This document shows positions 25,335-38,899 of a stretch of 64,000 bases of DNA, piece by piece. The position numbers and the translations under genes were made by a program. How positions within the stretch are numbered: the first letter of the stretch is position 1; each line of letters begins with the position of its first letter. This stretch comes from Sphyrna mokarran (lineage: Eukaryota), in contig JAGIQG010000008.1 in NCBI GenBank assembly GCA_024679065.1, forward strand, positions 50,096,001-50,160,000. The letters are read 5' to 3'. Under the pieces are notes generated by a model. That model did no database searches. It was not told where the DNA came from and saw only the letters and a list, made by a program, of their open reading frames with translations.

Positions 25335-25965
25335 ATTTTGTGGCCTATCCGTTCATGAATTGCCTGGAAAGTCACAACTTCTCATGGGCAATTCCCAGGA
25401 CTCTTCAGGAATGTCTCTGATTCTGTACTAGAGTCAAAGTCTTGGCACAGTTCCAATCTACTTACCTGGGCAAGTATCAGGAAATGTTAGTTAAATTAAA
25501 ACCTGATCTAACTTCTGGGGTACTACACAACAAAACACCTAATTACTCATGACTATCCCTGGACTAACCACTCCAAACTGACCATATTACTCCCCTTACC
25601 ACTGACCCACCAGTCACTCTGACTTAACTACGCCGCTAACCTGACTTAAGTACCCCCCTGACTTGAGTATCATGTACGTTGTGCCCACTTATCCGGCTCA
25701 CCCACTTGCCCATTTATGCACCTTACTCACTTATCAATCTTACCCATCTATCCCTCCACCCACCACACCCTCTTCCCACCTGCCCACCTCTACCATCTTA
25801 CCGATCCTTTTTACAAGTCTCTGTGTGGGTTCCTGTGCTGAGCCAGTTCATCTGCTGCATTGGTAGTCAGACCCTTTTAAACAAATCAGGGAACTAAAGC
25901 AATTATCTGACTTCAGGGTCAGCTAGATGCAATAGTTCCAAAGCTGCTGAGAAGAATTGGACCAT
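25335..25965. mobile_element. Putative non-autonomous DNA element with C-rich low-complexity interior
   Basis: CCCAC/CTGAC-rich interior similar to 56700-57310 and 59000-59150; ends GAAGAATTGGACC. Confidence 0.4.
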
Positions 25966-28059
25966 GGCTCTTAATACATTAGGCAAACTATTTGTTGTGG
26001 CTGCTTTGAGCAGATGCCAGTTACTTTTTTTAATGCGCAGCTCTATTGATGCAATCATTTATTGCATTTCCCTAATTACCCAAGGAAGGTTTGTGGTGGG
26101 TCTCCTTCTTTCCCACTGCACTCTTTGTGCTGATGTTGTAGTAGTGTTAGACAAGGAATGACAGATTATTGGCTGTTGATATATATCCTAATTGAGATGT
26201 ATTTGCTGAACATTTATGTTGAAGACCTGACATTGAATAGATGAGTATACAATGAGAGAACTCTGATCCTGAAAAAGTAAAATTAATGAATAAGTTTGAT
26301 CAATGTTTCAGTATCACTCACACTCTGTGGCACATATAGGCCAGAGTAAGCTACATTTCTTATGTCTAGATCCATTGGACTCTATTCCTGACATTGTAAC
26401 ATTCAATTGCCTTTGATAGGCTGTAGTAACTTTTTGCCATTGTTGTGAACAAGTTTAGTGAGTAGTAGATGATTTTCAAAAGACAAGGGCAACTTAATGA
26501 AAGAATATGTTTGAAAGTATGGCAGTTTGAAAGTGAGGCAGAAAATAGTCTTTCAGTTTTGCATTCACTTCACATTACTGTACAGTTGGGTGAGACATTT
26601 TGATCAGTTACATCCAACTATCACGAATGAAATGACAAATTGGATCAGTAAAATGGGAGGCAATCTGTTAGCATCTGACCCAGCTTTTCATTAGATTACC
26701 CATTGTTATTGGAAATGCCAACTAGTTTACAGTTAATTACATTGCAATTAGCCCTGATTATGTTATTTAGATATTCAGACAATTCCTTGATGCTTATGAC
26801 AGTATGATATTCAGTATTTCAACACAGCCATCTGAAATAATTGTCCAAAGTTTGAGTTTTTGTTGTATATAGACGGGTATTTAAAGAACCCAAAGTTGAG
26901 AGTGAGATTTCCAACAGCACACCAGTTCACCTAAATACTTCCTTTTGATTTAATTCCTCTTTCTACATATTCATCAAAAGACTTTTATCAAATACTGCCA
27001 TTGTTTTGGTCCATCCACAACATCAGAAATCCACAACGTCTCCCAATTGGAATCTCCTTGTTTGTATGTTTTTTTTGGGGGGGGGGGGGGCAGAGAAGAG
27101 GAACAAGGGAGGATGGCAGACAGGTTAGGTTGTGTCAATGAAAGATACTGCCCATCTTCAACTGCCCTAGCAGCCATATTTACATGCAGAGGTGGATCAA
27201 CCTAACTGGAACAGCACTGCGATTGATTCAAATCAATCTCAAAATAAAAATTTGAATCAGTAAAATTGACCATCAAACTAAATGGAATTGTTGTAAAAAT
27301 CTAAATGGTTAACACATTTCCTTAAGGGAAGGAAACCTACCATCTGACTGCAGTCCTACTCTTAATTGACTTTTGAAATGATCCACAAGTCATTCAGTTC
27401 CATTAAACCAATACCTGTGGTTTAAGAAAATGGACCATTTCCACTTCTTCAATTCAATGAGACATGAGTGATAAATATTTGCTTTGCCAGCACCAGTCAC
27501 ATCCAGAGAATTATATTTTTAAAAACTTGAGCAGGAAACATTGCATTATTTATTGGGTAGCTGTATCATTTTTCAAGCAACTTAAATGGCCACAGTATAG
27601 ATTATTATAAATACTGTACGATACGTGTACTAAATTTTATTTTGCTGTGCTGTGACCTGTGAACCTAATTGGGCTATTATGAAAGCACTATTGAACTAAA
27701 ATACTGATGGTACAGAGATTGGAAATTGTGATGTATTGTGATCAGGGGCCTGGTCTTTTTTTAACAATTGTTCAAATCACTTGTATCAGATTTCACATTG
27801 TCCTGATCCTTTAGGCAAACAATGGTTGCAATCAATGGATGGATTAATTAGCACAATGAATCTGATGGGATTATGGATGAAACTCTCCCATGGCTGAAGT
27901 GTTAATGTTACATGAACTAATCATTTAGTTAGTGCTTTCATTGAATATGTGAGGTTTTTAAACAAGAGGGTTCGTGGCAAACCAAACAGGCCACTGCTAG
28001 AATTTCATCTACCAACTCCAACTCCAGCCATTTTGTCACTTTCCTCATGCTAAGACATT

Positions 28060-28240
28060 ATATGATGTAGAGATGCTGGTGTTGGACTGGGATGGGCACA
28101 GTAAGAAGTCTCACAATACCAGGTTAAAACCCAACAGGTTTATTTGAAGGAGTCACCTGATGAAGGAGCAGTGCTCGGAAAGTTTGTGATTCCAAATAAA
28201 CCTGTTTTGCTTTAACTTGGTGCTGTGAAATTTTTCACTA
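28060..28240 (+). mobile_element. Penelope-type inverted repeat with minimal hammerhead motif
   Basis: ~50-bp inverted arms 28100-28148 and 28190-28239 enclosing TCAC-CTGATGA-AGGAGCAGTGCTCG-GAAA-GTTT-GTGA. Confidence 0.8.
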
Positions 28241-28299
28241 AGAAGTTATATGTTTAACCTCTGACATGGTTAGTGGAATTAAAGACACATTGCAAAATA

Positions 28300-28975
28300 A
28301 TGGTGGAATTCTCCCAAATGTGAGACTAAGTATTGTGGCAGGGGTGGGAACAGCGAATACCGGGAATAACACCAAATTTTCTGGCCTGACTGCAGTAATT
28401 TTGTACCTGAGTGTCTCACACTATATTCAGTGACAAGACAGGCCTAAATGGTATGTAGTCCACCAGCAAGCCCTGTGCCAGCTTGTCTGGGTGCCATATT
28501 GAAAAGGCGCCTGACATCATGGATCCACTATTGAAGACAGCGTGGACCTCTTGAAAATGAGGATGGATCTCTGAGATTGGAAGACGGACCTCCTTGAGAA
28601 TGAAGATGAATCTCCAGAAAGATTTGGAGGCTGGACAATGAACCTCCTCCAGGAGACTTGATCCGGAAAGTCCACCTGCAGATGCTCTCCCAACCCACTG
28701 CTATGATCCAAACTCCATCCCATACTTCAGAGGCAGCCCCAAGCATTGTTCAGTTGAGTCGCAACATCTGTGAAACACATGTTGCAAGCATGTTTCATGA
28801 AGGCGTTGTGGAACAACTGACATGTGAGGCAAATGAAGTTCATGGCGTTCTCTGGTGGGTTTTCTGATCTGCCATGGTGGGCAGCATCAGAGGATCCTGC
28901 ACATCTATGTTCTATGTTCTAAACATGCCAGAAACTTGGCAGAAGTCCACCCTATGTCATCAATTAGCACAGGAA
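28300..28975. mobile_element. Putative MITE
   Basis: Starts GGTGGAATTCTCCC; contains GGGTGCCATATTGAAAAGGCGCC and a short internal duplication (GAAGAC..GGACCTC..TTGA.AATGA.GATG.ATCTC twice). Confidence 0.4.
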
Positions 28976-29894
28976 TTAAGAGACATTCTTATCTATAGAA
29001 ACCAATTTCCAATTCAGTTTTTGAATTATGCCACTAGTCTGCAGTATCTACATATGTTGGCATTCCTTTCATTTCTGCTACTTTAAACTGCACAATCGAG
29101 AAAAGCCACTGGCTTATAATTTGTACAGTAATCCATGCTGTTACTCCATTTGGGGTCTTTTCTGGGTCCAGAATGCTAGAGCTAAGGATACCGAGTTAAC
29201 AACATCGAGGTTGAATGCAAATTGCATGATGGCAAGTTTTAAATTTGAATTCATAGTTGATGACAATGCAGTGAAAAGGACTCCAAGAGGCTGCAGTGAC
29301 TGGGGGACGAGATGTGATTTAAACAAGAGGATATAGAAGCATTGGCAGCCTAAAAGCAGTGTACATCAGTGAGTACAAGTATTCGTACATGGAAAAAGAT
29401 CAGAATCTTTTTAACCTGTACCAGTTACTTCTTTTGTTTAGCGCAGCTGACACCAGTTGATGAAGTTTACTACTAATGCTCACTCAATTCTCTTAGTTCT
29501 TTTAAATGTGTTATAACCTGACTGCACACCAGATGGTGCTATTTGTCAATCCCACCTACCTCAGACTATATTCTGAAGATCTCTATATTTGAATTATACC
29601 TTGGAGCCCTGTGAATTTCCCATTTGGTTATTGACCACATTCTTAACAACAGCATCAGTCAGAAGGAAGCAATAATGTCTCCAGATGATATAATAAAAAT
29701 GCTGAAAATGATTTTCCCCATGATTACTGCCTTGCCTCACATTACAATAATATAAAACATAATAGTGGATTCTCAGTCAAAACTCCTAGAGTGGTCTGTA
29801 TCCTGGATGTTTTCCAATGTTGTTTCAATATGAAAGTGGTGTCCCATGAAGTGAAAAAAAATGATATTGGTGCATTTAGATTGTCAACCAGACG

Positions 29895-30105
29895 ACAGTG
29901 TGCAATTTCTGTTGCCACATTAAAGGAAGCATGCAATAGAGAGAGTGCAGAGGAGATTCACCAGGATGTTGCCTGGGCTGGAGTGCTTCAACTATGAAGA
30001 GAAGCTGATTGGGCTGGGCTTATTTCCTTAGAGTAGAGAAGGCCGAGGGAGGGCATGATCGAGGTACAAAATTATGAAGGATATAGATAGGGTAGATAGG
30101 AAGTT
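29895..30105 (+). mobile_element. CR1 fragment
   Basis: RVQRRFTRMLPGLE..YEE remnant. Confidence 0.8.
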
Positions 30106-30139
30106 GGATACAAGTTGTCTGTGCAACTCTATTGCCAGT

Positions 30140-30700
30140 AACATTTGATTTTCTTTTGATTTATTATTCTCACATGTATTGGCATGCAGTGAAAAGTATT
30201 ATTTCTTGCAGACTAAGCATACCATTCATAGAGAAGGAAAGGAAAAGGTGCGGAATGTAGTGTTACAATCATAGTTTGGGTGTAGAGGAAGATCAACTTA
30301 ATATAAGATAAGTCCATTCAAAAGTCTGATGGCAGCAAGGGAGAAACTGCCTTGAGTCGATTGGTGCATGGCCTCAGACTTTTGAATCATTTTCGTGGTG
30401 GAAGAGAGTGTGTTGGATGTCCGTAGAGTCTTTGATTATGCTGGCTGCTTTTCCGAGGCTATGGGATGTCAACTGATGGAAAGCTGGTTTGAGTGATGGA
30501 TACTTTGTTTCCGATCCTTTGTAGTTTCTTGCTGTCTTGGTCAGAGCAGGAGCCACACCAAGTTGTGATACATGCAAAAAGGATGCTTCCTATGGTGCAT
30601 CCGTAAAAGTTGGTGAGAGTCAGAGCAGATATGGCAAATATCCTTTGGCTCTTGAGAAAGTAGAAGTGTTGGTGGGCTTTCTTAACTATAGCGTCATAAG
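30140..30700 (-). mobile_element. Rex1/Babar LINE 3' part
   Basis: TTTGATTT tail; reverse-complement match to 23490-24495. Confidence 0.85.
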
Positions 30701-31704
30701 ACTTATTGAGCGGGCAAAGTGGTGCAGATGTTTTTCAGTTTAAGTTTCACTTGTAAATATTTCACATTTCATTAGTTTCATTTTATTTATGGGAGTGCTT
30801 CATCATTATTTGTTGAGACCAGCGGAGTCAGAGAGTTAATGTACTGGCAGGCTTCATGGCTGGCACACATTGACGGTCATAGGAGCACTAGAGACATTTC
30901 TTCATTGTGGTAGAAATAACAATGTGTTTTTGTATTCACTCTTTATTGCATGTTCACGTTAGTGTCCAGTGCTTTATTTGTCATTCTGTGGAGGATGGTT
31001 GACCCTGCAGGCTCAGTTGACACTCTCAATGGTAAAGGATATTGTTCGAGATCATTCTCACTGGAATAAGTGAAATGCGGTAGGTGAATTCAAAGTGCTG
31101 TAATGGCTCTGCTGGCCTTTGGACCCTGATGTGTACAGTACTGAGACTGTCTTGCCAGCTCCTCACTTTCTTATCTTGACTGAGTGTTCCCACCACCCAG
31201 GATGCCAGGCTCTCCCTACTTCATTCTTTCATAACAGCCCTCATCCCCACCACTGACTCAGCCTGGCAGTGCCAAGCCTCCATACAATCTCTCGTTTTCT
31301 TCCCGTTTGCCGCAGAGGTCAACAAGGAAAACTGCTGTCCTTAGACATACCCACATAAAGCCAATCATTGCATGAACCTTTAAATGAATGTGAACCGGAT
31401 GGCATGAGCTTAGAGTGCGCTACTCACATTATCGTGCAGGTATAAAGCTTTATTATAATGAGGATTAATTGCATACAGGTAGGAAGCCAGCACACAACAG
31501 TGAGACCTAACTTGCAACAAACATGATGCTAAGTTAATCTCTAAATTTGGACAGGCTGTTGGGAAAGCTAAATTTTAGCTTCCCGCTGATTAAGTCTGTC
31601 ATCCATCCATCACATTTCTGTTTATTCAGCTCCCATTAAATCTACCCTCCCATGTCTCCCCTCCCACTGCATATTAATAGAAAACATCCCCTGATTAGAA
31701 AGAT

Positions 31705-32690
31705 CAGAGCTGGAAGTCTCCCCAGAAATTCTCAGTATCAAATTTGCATGAAAACTTCAGTAAATCACACTGGGTTTTTTAGTGGGAGTTTCAAAATGTA
31801 CCTCCCACATTCTGCACGCTAACATGATTGATTCCAGAATTCAGGGGTTGGGGCTTATCCCTGCCTGAGAAGCCAGCAACATTGTGTTAAGCAGGGCTGC
31901 TGCACATGCGCCAATCTGTCAGTGCCAAGATCAGAGCATGTGCACAGTTCCTGTTTTCCAATCACTGGCCAGCCCTGCAAAGCCAGCCCTCCTCCCCGCA
32001 CTCCCCCATGGCCCATTCACTAACTCCCTGTCACACCCCACCGCCCTCTGCCCCTGTAGGCCTGATTTTCCATGCCCTCCCCACCCCTTTATCCCATCCC
32101 CGCCCATCCCAATGGCCAGCCCTGATTGCTGGTCTCCTTTCCTCCCCCTCCAATCCCTACGTAGAGTGGCACTGATTGCCTCACGAGGCCTTTCCCCATC
32201 AAGCCCCACCCCATCAGGCCCCTCCCCTTTAGTACTGCCTATCCTGGGCATTGGCACTTTGCACCTTGGAGCAGTGCCAAGTCAAATAGGCAGGTGCTGC
32301 CAAGGTGCCAATGTCCAAGGGGTACCATTCCCCCACTGCCCCACCCTCTGGAGGGTCCCAATTGTCCCTTCTTCACTTCAGTTGGTTCAGGCTGCTAGCT
32401 GCCTGAAAATGGGCAGCTATAATAAACCACTCTGGAAAGAGGGCAGAGGCTAGTGGGCCTGGGCCCGCTAATCACATTTAAAATTTACAGTAGTGAGAAT
32501 TACCACAATTTATGTGCCTCCCCGTCAATTTATTGACGCTGATGTGACACTGCTGAAAATCCTGTGCTGGAAATGCTGGCAGGCTGCAACATCCAGTGCG
32601 GGTCCAGTGCATCGGGCGCCACTAGAATCTCTCGGCATGCTGTGCTAAAACATTAGCGCAGTGGGACGAGAGAATACTGCCGCCCCCCTC
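31705..32690. mobile_element. Non-autonomous DNA transposon / long MITE
   Basis: GC-rich island with imperfect termini (CAGAAATTCTC..GAGAATACTG) and an internal ~19-bp inverted repeat GGCATTGGCAC../..GTGCCAATGTCC at ~32246-32320. Confidence 0.55.
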
Positions 32691-32739
32691 CCATCTTAGC
32701 CAATCACGTGTTCCTTTTAATGTTGAAGGATAAAATGAC

Positions 32740-33657
32740 ACGGAGATGAGTGGAAAAGCAAACTGCGTGGAGGATGCGGAAAGTCTGCAGAGAGATCTGG
32801 ATAGGCTGAGTGAGTGGGCGAGGACCTGGCAGATGGAGTATAACGTTAGCAAATGTGAGGTTATCCACTTTGGTAGAAATAATACTAGGAAGGAATATTA
32901 TTTAAAGGGTGAAAAGCTGCAGTATGCTACTGTGCAGAGGGACCTGGGGGTCCTTGTGCACAAACCGCAAAAACTCAGTCTGCAGGTGCAGCAGGTGATC
33001 AAGAAGGTGAACGGAATGTTGGCCTTTATCACGAGGGGGGTAGAATATAAAAGCAGGGAGATCTTGCTGCAACTGTACAGGGTACTGGTGAGGCCGCACT
33101 GGAGTACTGTGTGCGGTTTTGGTCCCCTTATTTGCGAAGGGATATATTGGTCTTGGAGGGAGTACAGAGAAGGTTCACCAGGCTGATATCGGAGATGAGG
33201 GAATTAGCTTATGAGGGGAGATTAAATAGACTGGGTCTGTACTCATTGGAGTTTAGAAAGCTGAGGGGGGATTTTATAGAGACTTACAAGATAATGAAGG
33301 GGCTAGATAGGGGAGAGGTAGAGAGATTCTTTCTGCTTAGAAAGGAAAACAGAACTAGAGGACACAGCCTCAAAATAAGGAGGGGGGGGTTCAGTTTAGA
33401 ATGGAAATTCTTCACTCAGAGGGTGGTGAATCTCTGGAATTCTCTGCCCATTGAAATGGTGGAAACTACCTCGTTGAATATATTTAAGACACGGATAGAA
33501 AGATTCCTGATAGACAAGGGAATTAAGAGTTTGGGGAGAAAGTAGGAAAGTGGAACTGATCCACTGCGGATCAGCCATGATCTTATTGAATGGCAGGGCA
33601 GGCTTGAGGGGCTGGATGCCCTACTCCTATTTCTATTTCTTATGTTCTTATGTTCTT
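32740..33657 (+). mobile_element. CR1 LINE 3' region
   Basis: ORFs 32746-33186 and 33111-33545 (LQRDLDRLSEWARTWQMEYN, FFTQRVVNLWNSLP); (TTCTTATG)n tail. Confidence 0.95.
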
Positions 33658-33699
33658 AAATATTGGACGGGACACCAGGCAGAATTCTTCCTTTGCTCT

Positions 33700-33900
33700 T
33701 TTTCAAAATAGTGGCACAGGATCTTTTACATAAATGAAAGAGATTAGACTCCAGATTGACTCAGAATTTAGGAGTTGGGGCTTATCCCTGTTTATCCCCA
33801 TAGACATGGATAATGTTCTCATCATAATAATGGCACTCTTGTGAGTGTGGCTTGCCTCAGTATCGTGTTCAAGTGTCAGCCTTGCTTTGGAGTTGTAGAG
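33700..33900 (-). mobile_element. DeuSINE fragment
   Basis: Reverse complement of the Deu block (AAATAGTGGCACAGGATCTTTTACAT). Confidence 0.55.
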
Positions 33901-33924
33901 TAGGAAAAACTCACAACCTATTAT

Positions 33925-34205
33925 TTTAGTTTTTAGTTTATTTATTAGTGTCACAAATAGGCTTACATTAATTCTGCAATGAAAATCCCAAGTCGCTACA
34001 CTCTGACACCTGTTTGGGTACACTGAGAGAGAATTTAGCATGGCTAACGCACCTAACCAGCATATCTTTTGGACAGTGGGAGGAAACCGCAGCATCCAGA
34101 GGAAACCCACACAGACACAGGCAGTGGCCCAAGCTGGGAATTGAAGCTGGGTCCCTGGCACTGTGAAGCAGCAGTGCTAACCACTGTGCCATTGTACTGC
34201 CCAAC
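33925..34205 (-). mobile_element. V-SINE variant with non-CR1 (Rex1-like) tail
   Basis: HE1-like head and V-domain; tail TTCATTGCAG..TTAATGTAAGCCTATTTGTGACACTAATAAATAAAC. Confidence 0.88.
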
Positions 34206-35104
34206 AACTCAGCGGGGGGACAGTTGTGCCTCCCACTGCACAACTTCTGACATCTTTAAAAAGGTACACATACAAGAGAGTGGCATCATTGGCAGTACTC
34301 TAGCCTATTCTAGGCAGCAAGCTCTCAGTGAGTAACGAGTGTGCTGCCAGTCCAACAAGGAAGACTTGGGCATGGATCTGGTTCTGGGTAACAAGGGAGA
34401 ACAACTGAATGGCTGGAAAGGCAGACATCCGGAAAGTAATGAACATAATAAAAAAAATTTGGAATAAAAATAGTTGAGGGAGGTGAAAACAGTTTGCTTT
34501 GGAAAATAGGCAGGTTGAGTGGGCTCAGAAGGGGCACTATGTCCAGATTAATGACTTGGGAAAAATTGTGACAGACTAACCAGCAGGTCAACCTCTCAAC
34601 TTCAACTTTAACTCAGGAGCTGAACTGTTGCTGCGAGGAGAATTTTAAGTAGTTGTGAGCTCACTTTAATTTAAAACTTATTATCTAAATGTAATTCATT
34701 TTCAAATGCTTTCAGCAGAAAAAGAGAATTATTAAAGAGTGTGGAGAAGCAAGCAAGGAGGATTAGAATCAGTAGCTCATATGGAGTAAAATAATACTTG
34801 CATGCTTGAACAGAATGACTTATTCCTGCAGTGTAATACTTTATGAGACTTCCCATCGCAGGGGTCTGATGTTCATTTTGAAAACCTGTGTTCACTTGTT
34901 ATTAGTATTTTACCAGAAATGTTCTGTTACTTTGGGAACACTCATCACTCTAATGTGCTTTAGTGTGTAAAATATTTCTCTGATTGCACAGCAAGAGAAT
35001 TTGGAGTTACACCTAATTCACGCTTGACATATCCGTTCTTGAGATGAAGCAATTATATTAAATTGATCAGCCCTTGTACAAAGACAAATTTCTCGGGCTG
35101 TAAA

Positions 35105-35390
35105 GTTTAACGTTTATTCATTAGTACAAATAGGCTTACATTAACACTGCAATGAAGTTACTGTGAAATTCTCATAGTTGCCACAATCTGGCACCTATTC
35201 AGGTCAATGCATTTAACTGGCATGTCTTTCAGAATATGGGAGAAAACCAGAGCAGTTGGAGGAAACCCACACAGACACTTAGAGGACATGTACAGTCCAC
35301 ACTGATAGTGACCCAAGCCGGGAATCAAACCTGGAGTCCCTGGTGCTGTGAAGCAGCAGTGCCAACCACTGTGCCACCGTGCCACTCCAG
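35105..35390 (-). mobile_element. V-SINE variant, same family as 33925-34205
   Basis: Same head, V-domain and tail. Confidence 0.88.
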
Positions 35391-35819
35391 GCATATAGGA
35401 ATTCCTATACACTCATAATAGTTGCTTTTCATGACAAACTGTCCACTTGACACAAACTAATTGTGTTGTTAGATAAATGGGCCAGGAATTCCTTCTGCTT
35501 TAAATAGATCAAAATGAAAAAAGGTTTGCCACCTATTCATCAATAGAATGGTCCATTCAAAAGATGAGGCTGCCTCATCCAATCACCTTGGCCAGACCTT
35601 GTCCTCATGACATGAGGAAAGACAAATCATTCCTACCATGTTCTGCCTTTAAGCAAGTACCCCTTTGTGATTATTTCTGAATGCATTTGTAAACATTCAG
35701 TGGTAAAGGAAGCAAAAGAAAGCAGGAAAACTTACATATATGGTAAGCCCTTGGCAGGTCAATCTTTATGCTAAAACTAATGCATTTCAGATGCTTGCCC
35801 CATCATACCACATAGCATC

Positions 35820-36262
35820 AACTGCAGACCAATCGTAACACTTTTGCATCTGAGTCAGAAGGCTATGAGGTCAAGCCCAACTCTTGAAACCCATGTACAT
35901 TCCAAGGTGACGTTTTAGAACGTTACTGAGGAAACCATACACTTCAGACATGTTGATGACTTGTTGAACTGAGGCCTTGTTTACTCTTTCTGATTGGATG
36001 TTAAAGGTTTCATTCAGTGATTTCAAAACAACCAGAAGAATTCTTCCTGGTGTCTGGGCCAATATTCATTCTTCAACCAAAATCACTAAAAACAAGTCAT
36101 TCAGTTGTTTATCTCATCAGTGTTTGCTGATGTTTTTCTGTGCAAATTGGCTACTGCATTTTCATACATTACAGCAATGATTGCATATATGTGATCACTG
36201 TAAAGCATTTTGGGACGTACTGAGTCATTAAAGGTGTTATATAAATGCAACATCCTTTCTCT
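35820..36262 (+). mobile_element. DeuSINE (SacSINE1-like)
   Basis: TCTGAGTCAGAAGG head; CCTGGTGTCTGGGCCAATATT..CTGTGCAAATTGGCT; AAAGGTGTTATATAAATGCAA tail. Confidence 0.8.
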
Positions 36263-36699
36263 CCATCACACTTAACATAATAAACAGGGCATGCAACAAA
36301 ATATCGTTGAAATGTGTATTTTTAAACTTTAGATAGAGAGAGATTAGCTTGTTATCCTAAGACATTTCAGTGTAGTAATCTTAATATTGCAGATTGGTAG
36401 CAGATTTGAGTCTTCTGGCATCCTAGAAATATCCTTGTGTTATCAATAAAATATCCATGCTAGAAATACACAATGGGATGAGTAAGCAACTGTATTTCGA
36501 TAAAACACAGCTTCTGGTGTGTATACTTAATCAGAAATATGTTAAATATTATGGTTTTTTTTCTTTGCAGATACTGGCTAACTTATTTTAGATATTCAAC
36601 ACTAAACATTTTCTCCCTTTTCCCTCTGTATTGTGTCGAATACATTCTTGAAGGGGTGTGAATTATGGCACAGAATTTCCAGTCACTAGCAATTTATAC

Positions 36700-37185
36700 C
36701 CTTTGATTTGATTTGATCTATTATTGTTACATGTATTAGTATAAAGTGTGAAGTATTGTCTCTTGCACACAGACAAAGCATACCATTCATAGAGTATGTA
36801 GGAGAAAAGGAAAGGAGAGGGTGCAGGATGTAGTGTTTCAGTCAAAGCCAGAGTGTAGAGAAAGAGCAACTTAACATAAAGTAGGTCAATTCAAAAGTCT
36901 GATGGTAGCAGGGAAGCAGCTCCTCTTCAGCCTATTGGTATGTGATCTCAAACTTTTGTATCTTTTTCCCGACACAAGAAGTTGGAAGAGAAAATGTCCA
37001 GGGTATGAGAGGTCCTTAATTATGCTGACTGCTTTTCTGAAGCAGCAAGAAGTGTAGAAGGAATCAATGGATGGAAAGCTGGTTTGCGTGTTGGACAGGC
37101 TACCTTTACCACCCTTTGTAGTTTCTTGCAGTCTTGGTCAGAGCATGAGCCAAACCACACTGTGATTATCTAGAAAGGTGCTTCC
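36700..37185 (-). mobile_element. Rex1/Babar LINE 3' part
   Basis: (TTTGA)n tail; matches the other Rex1 copies. Confidence 0.87.
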
Positions 37186-37307
37186 TCCCCTTGGCCATCT
37201 TGACCACCCCCTTCTGACAACCTGGCCCCCTCCCACCAGCTTAACACTCACCCACTTACCTTCTCCTTTGCTTCTCAAAGTGGCTGAGACCTTTAAACTT
37301 AGTAGGT

Positions 37308-37475
37308 TTTACAGCATCTGTGGAAAAAGAGAATATAGAGCCAATGTTTCAGTCCCAAGTTCCATTCCCTCCACAGATGTTGTTGGTATCTGCTGAAGAT
37401 TTTCTAGCATTTTCTGTTTTCATTTCAGATTCCATTCCATTCAGATTCCAGCACGGTGATATTTTTGCTTTTGCC
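37308..37475 (+). mobile_element. Penelope-type hairpin remnant, centre deleted
   Basis: CAGCATCTGTGGA..TCCACAGATGTTG inverted arms plus the same tail as 8480-8565. Confidence 0.6.
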
Positions 37476-38899
37476 ATTGAAGTTACTTGATTTATGGCAG
37501 CTAATGCTGTAAATTAAGGCGTGGTTTCATTTTTCCCTATGTTGCTGTCCCGCACCCGAAGGATTCCGGAACTGCTATGCTGCACATTTCTTACCAGACC
37601 TAGAATGGATGATTGGGTGAAAAATGTGCAGTTCTCAACTTGGCGATGTGAAAAGGAGCACAATGCAATCTGACAGTGACTGCTATTCATGGATACCCGG
37701 AATCAATTATCATTCATTGGGTCACTAGTCTTTGTCAAATCAACATCTGCCATTTTTACCTCTGTATCTGTTAGGATCTGAGTGTAAAGTTATACTGGAA
37801 CAATGAAAACTTAATGTGCAATCCTTCCATGGCTCCTGGTGAATGTAGGATCAAACTCAATAATGGCTTTGAGCTGTGTCAAGTTAGATATTCCATTAAG
37901 ACTCAAGGAGTATCTGTAATAATTGTATATTGTTGTTGCTCCTTGACTTAAGAAGTCTCAGTGAAATAGAATAAGCTCTGGGGATTTTAATTTGCATGTG
38001 CTTTGATTAGTCTGAAGATTTGCAGAATGTGTACAATGTACAAGTGTCTCGATGTCTCATGACTTTAAGCAGCAATTATTCAAAGATTCTTTAGACACAT
38101 CAAAAGAACTTATATTTATTATAACGATTTTCAAAATCTCAGGATCCCGAAGTGCTTTATAGTTAATTAAGGAAATGTTTGAACTAAGTACAATTGCTGA
38201 ACCTGCTGCCAAACTCATACTGGAAATGTTGCCTCTTCAGATACCATCTATTCAACTTGAAGGGAATAAAAGTAGAAGCTGACATCTGCTGTTGGTCGCA
38301 GTTTCTATATCTTCATATTTTTTCCTATTAAGAATAGTGTGAATTGGTGGAGTGGACAGATTTGACAGACTGCAGTGTGGAAGCTTCTTCCATAAGTGTA
38401 ATCATTTTTCTTCTAGCCGGTGAGTTGGTCAGTCCCATAATGAGGAGAGGCTTACTGATTCCAATAATAAATATAATATCTTGGAATGCTTTCCAAACAC
38501 TTCCTCTTCGCACATTCCATGTCAAGCCAGAACTCAGAATGTGTAATAATGTATATACTCATCAGATTTGTTTGGATTAGGGTTTGATCACTGCACTTCC
38601 TGATTCAGAAGTGGCAATATCTTCATTAAGCAAAAGGCCCACTTTGTCTGCACCACTGTCAACTACCATTAGGGAAGGGCAATAAATGCTGGTCAGCCAG
38701 CGAGTCATGTCCCACACATGAACAGGAAAAACTGAAACAGTGCTGACAACGAGGGCAGGGGTAACAAGCTTTCTTCTACCCTTCCATTAACCAATGGAAT
38801 TGCCCATTCTTTCATTCACTTATATGGTGTATCTACCTTCACTTGAGAAACTGCAGAGAGGAAACAAAACATTTTTCACCAACCATTTTTCATTTTTCC

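Noticed and set aside
31884-32453. 189-aa proline-rich ORF
   Set aside because: C-rich interior of a MITE-like element; no domain signal.
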